Shown: positions 18,873 to 28,391, counted from the stretch's first letter. The stretch: 64,000 bases of DNA from Candidatus Krumholzibacteriia bacterium (GCA_041484665.1 JBGPIA010000008.1:22398-86397), one strand, 5' to 3'. Notes: generated from the sequence alone by a model not told the origin. Made by a program: numbers and translations.

Positions 18873-19369
18873 TCGTCGCCCGCCCCGGCGCGCCTGCGCA
18901 TCCCGCCGCGAGCGGCCTGGCGAACCTTGCGGTCGAGGTCGCGCTCGGTCTCGCTGGCGCGCTTGTCGTAGAGCTTCTTGCCGCGGGCCAGCGCCAGCTC
19001 GCACTTGACGTGGCCGTCCTTGAAGTAGAATGCGAGCGGGACGATGGTGAGCCCCTTCTGGGCGGTCTGGGCAGCGAGCTTGCGGATCTCGCGGCGGTGA
19101 AGCAGGAGCTTGCGCGGGCGGAACGGATCGTGGTTCATCCGGTTGCCCTGCTCATACGGGCTGATGTGGACGTTGCGCAGGATCACCTCTCCCCCCACCA
19201 CGTCGGCGTATCCGTCGCCGAGGTTGCAAGCACCATTGCGCAGACTCTTCACCTCGGTGCCCGCGAGCGCGATCCCGGCCTCGTAGGTCTCGAGGATCTC
19301 GTAGTTGTGCCGGGCCTTGCGATTACTCGCGATGGGCTTGGTCTGCCCGCTCTTCTTGCGCTCGGCCAT
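18869..19369 (-). CDS. smpB: SsrA-binding protein
   Basis: Internal ATG of the 345-aa ORF; MAERKKSGQTKPIASNRKARHNYEILETYEAGIALAGTEVKSLR aligns to the SmpB N-terminus; the upstream 180 codons of the ORF are non-coding-like and overlap tRNA-Leu. Confidence 0.9.
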   Translation of the reverse strand: MAERKKSGQTKPIASNRKARHNYEILETYEAGIALAGTEVKSLRNGACNLGDGYADVVGGEVILRNVHISPYEQGNRMNHDPFRPRKLLLHRREIRKLAAQTAQKGLTIVPLAFYFKDGHVKCELALARGKKLYDKRASETERDLDRKVRQAARGGMRRRAGAGDE

Positions 19370-19615
19370 GGCCAATCCACGTCGAAGAAACCGGCAGCGC
19401 CCGGACGGCCCGCGCCTCAGGGCCCGCGCCCCAGGGCCCGCGCTGCGGGGCGCGCGCTGCGGGGCGCGCCTGCTGCGTGCCGGCCGCCCGACCGGCGCGA
19501 GTGCCCAAGCTATCAGATGCCCCCAAGGGCGGCAAGGCAACGGGGCGCGGCGAGCTGTCAGGGCGCCCGCGGAGCGCGCCGACGGACACGCGCGAACGCC
19601 GTCGGGCAGCCCAGC

Positions 19616-19644
19616 TTGACACCCTCCAGTGGCCGGACTACCAT
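19616..19644 (+). promoter_or_regulatory. candidate sigma70-type promoter for tRNA-Leu (TTGACA-17 nt-TACCAT)
   Basis: Hexamers read in sequence ~40 nt upstream of the tRNA 5' end. Confidence 0.35.
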
Positions 19645-19686
19645 GCCTCCCCCGCGCGGCGCCCGTTCCGCGCGCGGCCCATCCGT

Positions 19687-19768
19687 GCCCGGATGGCGGA
19701 ATTGGCAGACGCGCTACGTTCAGGTCGTAGTGAGGAAACTCGTGGGAGTTCGAGTCTCCCTCCGGGCA
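19687..19768 (+). tRNA. tRNA-Leu (anticodon CAG), long variable arm, CCA not encoded
   Basis: GCCCGGATGGCGGAATTGGCAGACGCGCTACGTTCAGGTCGTAGTGAGGAAACTCGTGGGAGTTCGAGTCTCCCTCCGGGCA; acceptor GCCCGGA/TCCGGGC; anticodon loop TTCAGGT. Confidence 0.9.
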
Positions 19769-19809
19769 CGCCCCATATCCGCACGTTTGGGCACTCCCCG
19801 GCCGACCAG

Positions 19810-20145
19810 CTGCTACGGCGAGGCCCCGTTCCTGGTGCCCGGGGATTCCTCCACTCCCAATGAAGCCTATTTCATTCGTGCCGAATGGGTCATCGAGCAG
19901 GCTCACCAGTGGGGTATGACCGTGTTCCTCTGCCCTGCGTGAGTCGGCTACCCATGTGGGAGCTCCGGCTGGTGCCAGGCGATGAAGCAGAACGGCCCCA
20001 CGAAGATGGGCCGACTACGCCGACAGCACCAAGACGCCAGTCGAGATGCGTGCTGACGACGAGCGCACGGCCGTTCGTGTACATCGAGGGGCGCTACGAG
20101 TTCGAGGGAAACTGGACCGACCAGTGTGTGCGCAGCCAGGCCTGA
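19810..20145 (+). pseudogene. possible frameshifted remnant of a TIM-barrel glycoside-hydrolase-like gene
   Basis: Two consecutive frames give GH-like peptide fragments (STPNEAYFIRAEWVIEQAHQWGMTVFL; ARPFVYIEGRYEFEGNWTDQ) without an intact ORF or start; family assignment uncertain. Confidence 0.25.
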
Positions 20146-20468
20146 CGTTCATCAAGTAGGGGATCGAGACGGTGCAGGATTGGGTGCGGAGCACGGCGCC
20201 GCGCCCTGCTGCGTGCGCTGGGTTCAGCGTGCCGGGATTCCCGCGGCCGCGCGCAACGGAATGCAGCCCGGGCCGTACGCTCCAAGCAGGGTCTGCTCGC
20301 AGCGGAAACGGCCCGGGAATGACGCCAACGGACAGCGCCGACGGCGCCCGGCAGCCGCGGTCAACGCCAAGCCGCAGTGCCAACGCCGCCAGGCGGCCGA
20401 AGCTGATGCCGCGCGGCTGCGCGCGTCCCCCACGGTGCAGAGCCGCCAGACCGCTCCGAACGTTCGGC

Positions 20469-20897
20469 TCAGAACTGCACGTAGACCGCGCGGTGCTCTT
20501 CCACGGCTAACGTCGCGGCATTCTGCAACGTTTCCTGGATGGATTTCTGATCGCCCGGATCCGCGACGGTCAGGTCCGTGCTGCTGCCAGGAGCCATTCC
20601 AGTCTTGGCCGATGCGCAGGTCACCTTGATCTCCATCGGCGTGAAGATCCCCAACGTCAGGAAATTAACCAGCTGGTTGACGAAGCTGAGCTGCGTCTCC
20701 ACTTTCGCCACACCGTGGGGGCACAGCGCCATGGTCGAGATGGTCTTGGGAGGCACCAGCCCATAGATCCAACCGGGGGCGAACGCCTTCGTGATGACCT
20801 GCGTGGAGGGATCCAATCCGGTTTCGATGGTCGCGTGGTAGCAGCCACTCAGAGTGAGTAGTCCAATCGCAAGAGCTAGGCAGCTCCGAATTCTCAT
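20469..20897 (-). CDS. Bor-family lipoprotein (homolog of phage lambda Bor / Iss serum-resistance lipoproteins)
   Basis: Internal ATG with AGGAG RBS; lipobox LTLSGC; C-terminal VAKVETQLSFVNQLVNFLTLGIFTPMEIKVTCA aligns to the Bor consensus (recalled from memory, not searched). Confidence 0.6.
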   Translation of the reverse strand: MRIRSCLALAIGLLTLSGCYHATIETGLDPSTQVITKAFAPGWIYGLVPPKTISTMALCPHGVAKVETQLSFVNQLVNFLTLGIFTPMEIKVTCASAKTGMAPGSSTDLTVADPGDQKSIQETLQNAATLAVEEHRAVYVQF

Positions 20898-21041
20898 CGC
20901 TTCTCCTGTCGCGGTGCGATCTTGATGAGCTACAAACATCCAGCGTTCCCTACCCGCGCGGGGCGCCCTGCCTGGCGGCACGGGCCGCGCCGAAGCGGCC
21001 GGGGGTTGCGAGCGTTGATCCTCGCTCGCCCGATGATCGTG

Positions 21042-21380
21042 TCAATCGATTTCTCGCCTGAGCAATCGCGTCAGCGCAAGAACGGAGCCTCGCACCACCA
21101 CCACGACGGCAATGGCGGTCGGTGTGAGTCGGACGCCGGGCGCGAGCGCGGCCCCCAGGAGTCCAAGCGGCAGCAGCACTGCATAGGTGACGATGGCCCA
21201 GCGCTTCAGATTCCAGACGCCGACCAACGCTACGAGCTGCAGGACGAGGACGATGCCCGGCAGTAGGGCCGCACGGCTGCGCGCCTCGATGAGAAACCCG
21301 CTGGCGGCGAGCAGGGCCAACAGCTCGAGGCTCAGCAGCAGCCGCAGGGCGATTCGCGCGAGGTGCGTGCCGCGATCCAT
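21042..21380 (-). CDS. hypothetical small membrane protein (3-4 TM helices, 112 aa)
   Basis: ORF track; hydrophobic segments; GC-rich third positions; no homolog recognised. Confidence 0.3.
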   Translation of the reverse strand: MDRGTHLARIALRLLLSLELLALLAASGFLIEARSRAALLPGIVLVLQLVALVGVWNLKRWAIVTYAVLLPLGLLGAALAPGVRLTPTAIAVVVVVRGSVLALTRLLRREID

Positions 21381-21407
21381 CGCAGCTCTCGTCGCCGGGC
21401 GCGCGCG

Positions 21408-22358
21408 CTACTTCACCAGCGTCATCGATCGCATGACCCACGCCCCGCCGTCTGAACGCAGGGCGGCGCGGTAGAGTCCGGCGGCGACGCCACGGCCCGA
21501 GTCGTCGGTCCCATCCCAGCGAACCTCGAACTGGCCTTCCGCGTGGTGCTGGTCGACCAGAGTGCGCACCCAGTGCCCACGCGCGTCCAGGATGCGCAGC
21601 TCCACGCGCCCCTCGGCGGCGAGCGCCACGGTCAGCGTTGTGGCTGGGTTGAACGGGTTGGGATGGACCGATTCGAAGCGATATGGAGCCTGCGGCAGTG
21701 ACAGCGGGCCGACCCCCACTCCCGAGATGGGATCGCCGTAGTCTTCGAGCTTGAACACGCGGTGACCCTCCACGCGGAACGTCCAGATGTGCTCGTGGAT
21801 GCAGCCCGCAGGGCAGTCACCCCACCCATGGCGAAACGTGTAGGTGCCGAGGGACTCCGATGTGATGTCGTCTGGGTCGCCGATGGAGCCGCTGCGATAG
21901 ACCGCCAGCACCCCACTCGCCTCCGCGTAGATCGGCCCCAGCACGGCGGGGTTGTAGCAGGTCTCGAAGCACAGGCTGACGCTGTCGAGGGTCGGCTGCA
22001 CATCGCAGACCCTCACCGGTCCGTACTGCGCGTTGAGCGCATCCATCCCCGTGTACGCCCCGGCCTGGAGCTCGGCGAACGCTTGCGGCGTGAGCCCAAT
22101 GTACAGCCGCCCCAGCGTACCCCGGGGACGTGCGTGGATGTTCGTCATGAGGGCGAAGGCCGCCCGAATGGCCGCGAGGTCGGACTCGACCTGGGCGACC
22201 AGCGCCGGCTCCGGGAGCAGCGCGCCCGAAAGATCCAGCGCGAGGATCACACCATCGGACTGCAGGCATCCCTGGGACGCCGCCGGGCCGGGAACGAGCG
22301 CCGCGAGCAGACCGGCGAGCGCGAGAGCGAGAGTCCGAGCGAGCAGGCGAGCGTCCAT
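21408..22358 (-). CDS. secreted protein with unknown N-terminal domain and C-terminal T9SS type-A sorting domain
   Basis: ORF trimmed to MDARLLARTLALALAGLLAALVPGPAASQG signal peptide; C-terminal HPNPFNPATTLTVALAAEGRVELRILDARGHWVRTLVDQ...AGLYRAALRSDGGAWVMRSMTLVK. Confidence 0.65.
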   Translation of the reverse strand: MDARLLARTLALALAGLLAALVPGPAASQGCLQSDGVILALDLSGALLPEPALVAQVESDLAAIRAAFALMTNIHARPRGTLGRLYIGLTPQAFAELQAGAYTGMDALNAQYGPVRVCDVQPTLDSVSLCFETCYNPAVLGPIYAEASGVLAVYRSGSIGDPDDITSESLGTYTFRHGWGDCPAGCIHEHIWTFRVEGHRVFKLEDYGDPISGVGVGPLSLPQAPYRFESVHPNPFNPATTLTVALAAEGRVELRILDARGHWVRTLVDQHHAEGQFEVRWDGTDDSGRGVAAGLYRAALRSDGGAWVMRSMTLVK

Positions 22359-22514
22359 GGACCACCTCAGGGTGGGAGTGCGATCGGGAGCCCGCGGGGA
22401 CTGTGCAGCGCGGGGATGGGCGCGGTCAAGGCCGACCCCATTGAATTGCCCCGTTCGCCCTCCGTCGGGTGCCAAACTCGGGCAGTGTCGCTCCCGGGCG
22501 CCGCCCCCGTGGCC

Positions 22515-23189
22515 CTATGGCCGCTGCCCCTGCGTGAACTCGGGGTGCAGCTGCGGGTAGTCCAGCTCCAGCCGCACGTAGTAGCGCTCCGGGGCTTGCG
22601 CGCGCAGCTCCAGCTGCGCGTGGACTTCGACGTCCTCGTAGATGCGCAGGTAGATGCCCTCGGCAGTGGAGAGCTTGCCCTCGGTCGAGTTCCGTCGCAG
22701 CCGCGGGTCGCCGTAGCGGCCGGCGAGCCGGGCGTCGAGGCGCGAGAACAGCGTCAGCGGTCCGCGCGTGCCGCCGGAGATGTCGCGCCACAGCAGCTGG
22801 ATCCGGTACAGAGGGCTGCGCGCTCGGTCGGCGGCGGCGTCGAGGAAATCACACACGAGCTCGACGCTTCGTCCCTCCAGCCTGCCTTCGTACCGCAAGC
22901 TGGTCGGCCGGCCCGGGCGCTCCTGGAGACCGAGACCGCGCACGACCTCGTCCACCGCGAGCCGATCCATGCCGAAACGGATCCCGTAGATGCCATCGGC
23001 CGGTGGCCCGTACCATCCCTGCCACGGTCCGCCTCCCGGGGCCTGCGCGACAACGATGATCGGGACAGCGCCACAGAGCAAGACAGCCAGCGCAAGCAGC
23101 CTGGCCCGTGAGACCCACTCGCACCAAGGCGTCGTGCGGCGGAACGCGCGCGTGTTAGCGTTGGCGGGGCTGCCGAGGTCCAGTGCCAA
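22515..23189 (-). CDS. hypothetical protein, probably secreted (hydrophobic segment LLALAVLLCGAVPIIVVAQA)
   Basis: ORF track (apparent TTG start; true start uncertain); coding-like codon usage; no domain recognised. Confidence 0.4.
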   Translation of the reverse strand: MALDLGSPANANTRAFRRTTPWCEWVSRARLLALAVLLCGAVPIIVVAQAPGGGPWQGWYGPPADGIYGIRFGMDRLAVDEVVRGLGLQERPGRPTSLRYEGRLEGRSVELVCDFLDAAADRARSPLYRIQLLWRDISGGTRGPLTLFSRLDARLAGRYGDPRLRRNSTEGKLSTAEGIYLRIYEDVEVHAQLELRAQAPERYYVRLELDYPQLHPEFTQGQRP

Positions 23190-23461
23190 CTGCGGGTCTC
23201 CCTGCGTGTGCGCCCCGAGCGGTCGCGGTGCGCCGCGGTCGGGGCGCGCTCCTGCCGAAGCGTCGGGCCGAGGCGGTTACCGGACAGCGCCGCGTCGGAG
23301 CGCCCCGCCGCACCGCATCGTCGGATCTCCGCGTCGGAGCGCCGCGCCGATGCGCCCTGGCAAGGTAGAGGCGCGGCGGGCCCGCGAGCAAGCCCGCGCT
23401 TGGGGCGAGTTCCCCTCGTGAAGTCCGGAGACGGCCCGTGCAGCGCCGAGCGGAGGTCGCC

Positions 23462-24025
23462 ATGACCGACTCTTCCGAACAGAGCGACGACCGTCTCTGC
23501 CCCCGCTGCCGCGCGCCGGTGGCAGCGGGCACGCCGCGTTGCCCCGCCTGTGCCTTTGTCCTGGTGCCAGACGACGCGCTCGCGCGAGCACAGGAGGCCA
23601 CGCACGAGCTCGGCGAGCGGCTGCGCGCCTCTCCCTACTTCCGCAACGCGAGCCTGCTCCCGTACGTGCCGCGCGGCCAGGTGCGAGGCTTCCTGGAGGA
23701 TCCCTCCCACCCGCTGTCGCGCGATCTCTTGCGCTACCTGCATCGGATCGCAGTCGAAGGCGGGCGCGGCGGGTTGCGGCATCTGCTGGCACTGGCCGGC
23801 ACGCGCTGGCTCACGGCGCGCGACCGCGCCCTCGCAGCGGCGATCGGCTACGTCTACCGGCGGCATCGTGCGCAGTTGCGCGAGCTCTCGGTTTCCGATG
23901 AAGCCGCAAGGCTGCGTGCCCTGCGCGATGGCCCCGCGCGCGGACAGCCTCCTGCGCAGGAGTTCGCGGCGATGCTGGAGGAAAGCTTCGCGCGCTGGCA
24001 CGCGCAGCTGGCGCGTCCGACCTAG
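23462..24025 (+). CDS. hypothetical protein with N-terminal CxxC...CxxC zinc-ribbon
   Basis: Internal ATG with GGAGG 5 nt upstream; CPRCRAPVAAGTPRCPAC motif. Confidence 0.45.
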   Translation: MTDSSEQSDDRLCPRCRAPVAAGTPRCPACAFVLVPDDALARAQEATHELGERLRASPYFRNASLLPYVPRGQVRGFLEDPSHPLSRDLLRYLHRIAVEGGRGGLRHLLALAGTRWLTARDRALAAAIGYVYRRHRAQLRELSVSDEAARLRALRDGPARGQPPAQEFAAMLEESFARWHAQLARPT

Positions 24026-24064
24026 CGCGCCTCCAGCGGTCGCTCCGTCGCCGCTGCTCGAGGA

Positions 24065-25399
24065 TTACTGGATGTAGCCCAGCGCCCGCAGCTGCTCGAG
24101 GATGCCCTTCTCGACGGCGGGGTCGTACTTGGCGGCGCCGCGCTGGTGGGGAGCCAGTGGCTCGTAGCTGGCGACCGCGTGCGTGAGCAGTCGGTCGACC
24201 CAGCGCTGGTAGCGAGGCTCCAGCACCTCCCCCAGGATGTGCCCGTCGAGGTCCTGCGCCGGCGGCACTCCGCTCAACACCAGGATCGTGGGCATGATGT
24301 CCTTGACCTCCGCCCTCTGCAGGCGCACGCCGGAGCGGATGTCCGGGCCTGCCATCATCAGGATGCCGTAGTCGGAGTGCATGCCGATACCCATGCTCAG
24401 CCCATCGGCGGAGCTCCGGTACCCGTGGAAGCCGTGATCGCTGCAGACGATGACGCGGCTGCGCGGATCGACGTAGCCCAGCACCTCGCCCAGCAGCTCG
24501 TCGACGTACTGGTAATAGTTGGGGATCAGCGAGTCGCACATCGCGATCTCCCACGGCTGCATGGCGAGACTGAGGCCCTTGGGCTTGAAGTACTGCCAGT
24601 ACGTGTGCGACACCGCGTCGAGCCCGCGGAAGTAGAGGCTGAACACGTCGAAGCGACCGGGGGCATAGATCTTCCGGGCGGCGCGCCGGAACGTCTCGTC
24701 TGCCGCGTAGATCCACCGCAAGTCGCCCAACGTGCGCAGCGCCGAGTCCCCGTGTGCCCGCGCGATGCCGACGTCCACGAATCGCGCAAGCTGCTCCAGT
24801 GTGATCGAGTCGGGGGACACGCGCAGCGAATCGACGGGGTGCCACAGCGAGTCGGGGGTGACGGCGCCCTGCACCTGGCTGCGCGGTCCGGGGAAGTACT
24901 GGGTGACGTAGTCGCTCACCAGCACTCCGTTGACGGGCGTTGGCGGATAGGTCATCCACCAGCCGATCACCGCCTGCTTGCGCCCCAGCGCGCCCAGAAT
25001 CTCCCAGTAGGTGGCCGCCGTCCGCCCCGCCGATGTCTCCAGCCCCTGATCGTCCAGCTTCGTGAAGCCGCCCACGCCGTGCTTGTACGGACGCTTGCCC
25101 GTCGCGATCGAGGTCCAGATGGTGGGCGACTTCTGCGGCGGGCTGAGACTGCGCAGGGCGGCGCGCACGCCCCGCTGCTCCATGCCCGCGAAGTGCGGCA
25201 TCTTCCCGGCGATGAGCTGCGGGTCGATCCAGGTCCAGTCGGCGCTGTCGAAGCCCACCAGCACGATCGGATCGCGCGCGGACGGCAGCGTCTTGGATCC
25301 GCACCCCGCGCCGGCGAACACGCCCGCGAGGAGCGCCGCCAGCGTGAACGCAGCGCACGCGTGTGCGTCGACCGCGCACCTGCGCCGCGCACCGCTCAC
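24065..25399 (-). CDS. alkaline-phosphatase-superfamily lipoprotein (type I phosphodiesterase / nucleotide pyrophosphatase family)
   Basis: ORF track; probable GTG start giving lipoprotein signal ...LLAGVFAGAGC; metal-site-like motifs GFDSADW...TGK...CSDHGFHG typical of AlkP-core enzymes. Confidence 0.7.
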   Translation of the reverse strand: MSGARRRCAVDAHACAAFTLAALLAGVFAGAGCGSKTLPSARDPIVLVGFDSADWTWIDPQLIAGKMPHFAGMEQRGVRAALRSLSPPQKSPTIWTSIATGKRPYKHGVGGFTKLDDQGLETSAGRTAATYWEILGALGRKQAVIGWWMTYPPTPVNGVLVSDYVTQYFPGPRSQVQGAVTPDSLWHPVDSLRVSPDSITLEQLARFVDVGIARAHGDSALRTLGDLRWIYAADETFRRAARKIYAPGRFDVFSLYFRGLDAVSHTYWQYFKPKGLSLAMQPWEIAMCDSLIPNYYQYVDELLGEVLGYVDPRSRVIVCSDHGFHGYRSSADGLSMGIGMHSDYGILMMAGPDIRSGVRLQRAEVKDIMPTILVLSGVPPAQDLDGHILGEVLEPRYQRWVDRLLTHAVASYEPLAPHQRGAAKYDPAVEKGILEQLRALGYIQ

Positions 25400-25557
25400 C
25401 CGAGGCTCCACGCCGTCCTCCCTGCACACGACGGATGCTGGAAACGCACGCGGACTGTGCGCGGGCTGCGCACGGACTGCACGCTCGATGCGCACCGACC
25501 GGTCCCTCGCTGCGCGCTCGCTGTGCGCGGACTGCACGCTGTGCGCGCGCGAGTGGA

Positions 25558-28272
25558 TCAGCGGATCAAGCTAACCACACGAGTCTGGGCCCGTCCATCC
25601 GCGATGAGTCGCAGCAGGTACGCGCCCGAGGCCAGCGCGTGTCCACGATCGTCGCTACCGTTCCAGGCGAGCTGGTGGTCCCCGGCGTCGAGGCGACCGC
25701 GCAGCAGCTCCGCGAGGCGCCGGCCGCGCGCGTCGAGCACCTCGACCACCACGCTCCCGGCCGACGCCAGGGTGAAGCGGATGGTGGTCTGCGGGTTGAA
25801 CGGGTTGGGCACGTTGGGCAGAAGCGCGGTGATCCGCCCGGGCGTCGCCGTACCGTCGAGCTGGATCTCGGCCGTGCTGGTCGCCACGACGCTGGCGCCC
25901 TGCGCCACCTGCACCCGGTAGCGCAGGCGCAGCCCGGGCCGCAGCGCGATGCCCTCGAGGCGGTCGAGAAACGCGATCGCGCCGTCGCCGCTTGCCTCTG
26001 ACAGGTGGAGCCAGGGGCCCGTGTCGAGAGCGCGGTCGAGCTGCCACCACGCGCTGGCTAGCTCGGAGGCTCCGGCGTTCGCCGTGTTTCCGGGCGCCTG
26101 CCAGTGGAAGGCCACCTCCACGCCCTCGGGCTTCCGGGTCAGGCGCGGGCCGTCCAGCAGCACCGGCAGCAGGTCGTCCATGCCCCGCGACGACACGCTC
26201 CCGCCCAGCGTGCCCACGTGGATCCGCGGGACCGAGCCAGTGGTGAGCGCGAGCGCCTGGACCTGCTCCACGCGCAGCCCGTCGTTGAACTCCTGCCAGT
26301 GCCGGCCCCGATCCGCCGAGCGCCAGACGCCGCGGCTGTCGAGCCCCACGTACAAGTCGCGCGTCTGCGGCAGGTACAGCATCGCGTTCACGTCGCGGGC
26401 GGGCAGGGCAGCGCCAATGTCGCTCGCCACGCCGTGGTCGTAGATGTGCAGGCTCGAGGTCGTGGCGACCACGACCACATCGCCCGCCCCCGTGGGCAGC
26501 TCCAGGGCGCGGTAGGATGCCGACGGCGGTGCGGGCATCTCCTGTGCGGCGAACGGGCCCCCGTCGCGGCCGCTGTAGACGTCGTCATCGTCGAGGGTGA
26601 GCCAGATCGAGCTGTCGGCCGGCGCTGCCGCCAGCGCGAAACACGGCGTCTGGTTGGTCGACAGTCCCGCCACCGGATCCCAGGTAAGGCCGCCGTCGGC
26701 GCTGCGGAAGGCGCCGTGGTAGGTCGCCGCGTAGACCACCTGCGCGGCGAGCCACGGGGGCTGCAGGAACTGGAACACGGGCAGAGCGTCCGGCAGGCCG
26801 CTCACCGGATGCCACGTGGCGCCGGCGTCATCGCTGCAGAAGCTGTTGCTGATAGCGCTGAGCAGCCAGCGATTGCTGCCACGCAGGCGGATCACACCGT
26901 TGATGCCCAGCTCGTCGAGGTCCCCGGTGTGGTCCGTCCAGCTCTGACCGGCGTCGGGGCTGAGGTAGAGCCGTCCATGCCGGGTGCCCGCCAGCAGCGA
27001 ATCGCCCCATGCCCACAGGCTGCTGATCCAGGCGGCGCGCAGGCCCTGGTTGTGCGGCTGCCAACTCCCGCCGCCGGGCGCGCTCCGCACGAAGCCTCGC
27101 GTGTAGGTCCCCAGCGCGAGCTGCAACGGGGAGGCCCCCTCCGCCAGGATGGCCCAGACCTCCGGGTGGGCGAGCCCCAGCCCGTCGGGCAGCAGCGTCC
27201 AGCTTTGCCCCAGATTGGTCGACGCGTGCAGGCCCAGCTCCGTGGCCAGCAGCACCGTGCCAGCTTGCGGCACCACCTGCACGGCGCGCGAGATAGGATG
27301 CGAATCGGAGTCGGGAACGACCCCGGCGTAGTGGAATGGCTGCAAGCTCTGAAAATTCTCGGTCACGTAGAGGCCGGAGGCATAAGACGCCACCAGCAGC
27401 GTGTCGAGGCTGGTCCCCCAGGCTTCCAGGTCCTCCATGAGCACGTCGGGCAGGCCGGCGGTCACCTCCGTGAATGTCCGGCCGTGGTTGGCCGTCGTGT
27501 AGAGCGACGATGGCCCCAGCGCGAGCTGCTGCTGCGGAGCAAACGGAGGGATCACCACGTCCAGCATTGTGAAGTTCTCGAGCCAGCGCAGCGAATCGGG
27601 CCAGCTGCCGCCCCCAGTACGCGACAGCCACATCCCGTCGCTAGTGCTCAGCACGACGCTGCTCGTGTCGTCGGGTCGGATGGCGATGCCGGTGATCTCG
27701 GGAGCAGCGTCGTTGCCACCCAGCCCCACCGCATTGCGCGACTCCCACTGGAACGTGGGCGCCTGAGAGCGCCACACGCCGTGATCGGCGGTGCCAGCGT
27801 AGACGAAGGGGGTGGTGTGCGACTCGGCAGTCAGCACGTTGATGTAGCGGCCCGACATCGCACCGGCGACGCTCGCCCACGTGAGCCCGTTGTCGTTGCT
27901 GACGAACACGCCGCCGCCGAAGGTGCCGGCCAGCAGCGGACCCGGCATGCCTGATGGGCGGAGCAACGCGGTGACCCAGGCAATATCGGGTCCATGGCTG
28001 ACCCAAGACCCGGCCGCCTGGGCGGAAGGTGCGGTGAGCATCACCCGGGACGCTGCGGCGAGCAGGAGCGCGCCGACGAGCGCGCGGGTGCGGACGAACT
28101 TGCTCGTGCGGATCGGCGCGTGGCCGCGCACCGGCGCATCGGTGCGGATGGTCGCATCGTTGCGGACGAGCGCATCGTTGCGGACGAGCGCACGGGAACG
28201 GTCGAGGGGGTCATGGGAGACGATCCGCCGACGTCGCGTCCCGGACGCCGTGTGCTGGGCTGAGCGGTCCAT
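25558..28272 (-). CDS. secreted BNR/Asp-box repeat (sortilin-like) protein with C-terminal T9SS type-A sorting domain
   Basis: 1413-aa ORF trimmed to the ATG at 28270-28272 (GAAGG RBS); the upstream 500 codons are out-of-frame overlap with the GT39 gene; multiple SxDxGxTW units (SNDNGLTW, STNLGQSW, SPDAGQSW, SDDAGATW, SADGGLTW, SADRGRHW); C-terminal NPFNPQTTIRF...SGAYLLRLIADG...VVSLIR. Confidence 0.75.
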   Translation of the reverse strand: MDRSAQHTASGTRRRRIVSHDPLDRSRALVRNDALVRNDATIRTDAPVRGHAPIRTSKFVRTRALVGALLLAAASRVMLTAPSAQAAGSWVSHGPDIAWVTALLRPSGMPGPLLAGTFGGGVFVSNDNGLTWASVAGAMSGRYINVLTAESHTTPFVYAGTADHGVWRSQAPTFQWESRNAVGLGGNDAAPEITGIAIRPDDTSSVVLSTSDGMWLSRTGGGSWPDSLRWLENFTMLDVVIPPFAPQQQLALGPSSLYTTANHGRTFTEVTAGLPDVLMEDLEAWGTSLDTLLVASYASGLYVTENFQSLQPFHYAGVVPDSDSHPISRAVQVVPQAGTVLLATELGLHASTNLGQSWTLLPDGLGLAHPEVWAILAEGASPLQLALGTYTRGFVRSAPGGGSWQPHNQGLRAAWISSLWAWGDSLLAGTRHGRLYLSPDAGQSWTDHTGDLDELGINGVIRLRGSNRWLLSAISNSFCSDDAGATWHPVSGLPDALPVFQFLQPPWLAAQVVYAATYHGAFRSADGGLTWDPVAGLSTNQTPCFALAAAPADSSIWLTLDDDDVYSGRDGGPFAAQEMPAPPSASYRALELPTGAGDVVVVATTSSLHIYDHGVASDIGAALPARDVNAMLYLPQTRDLYVGLDSRGVWRSADRGRHWQEFNDGLRVEQVQALALTTGSVPRIHVGTLGGSVSSRGMDDLLPVLLDGPRLTRKPEGVEVAFHWQAPGNTANAGASELASAWWQLDRALDTGPWLHLSEASGDGAIAFLDRLEGIALRPGLRLRYRVQVAQGASVVATSTAEIQLDGTATPGRITALLPNVPNPFNPQTTIRFTLASAGSVVVEVLDARGRRLAELLRGRLDAGDHQLAWNGSDDRGHALASGAYLLRLIADGRAQTRVVSLIR
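28105..28200. repeat. ~18-nt tandem repeat in the 5' coding region of the BNR protein (encodes ALVRND ALVRND ATIRTD)
   Basis: gagcgcatcgttgcggac repeated on the plus strand. Confidence 0.5.
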
Positions 28273-28391
28273 CGCTTCGCCTTCCAGATGGGGGAGCCTT
28301 CGAGGGGGCCCCGGAGGGAGCGGTCCCATCGAGCGTAGCCGAGCCCCCTCCCCCCCACAAGGTATCGCTGGGAATGGCCGTCTTGGGCCTG

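Noticed and set aside
19370-19686. Possible tmRNA (ssrA) next to smpB
   Set aside because: Scanned for a tRNA-like 3' domain (GGTTCGAxTCC T-arm, CCA end) and a tag-reading frame; only the tRNA-Leu was found, so ssrA is presumably elsewhere.
19770-20468. Integrase or other mobile-element gene beside tRNA-Leu
   Set aside because: Only frame-broken glycoside-hydrolase-like fragments and junk ORFs; no integrase or transposase motifs, so no mobile_element feature called.
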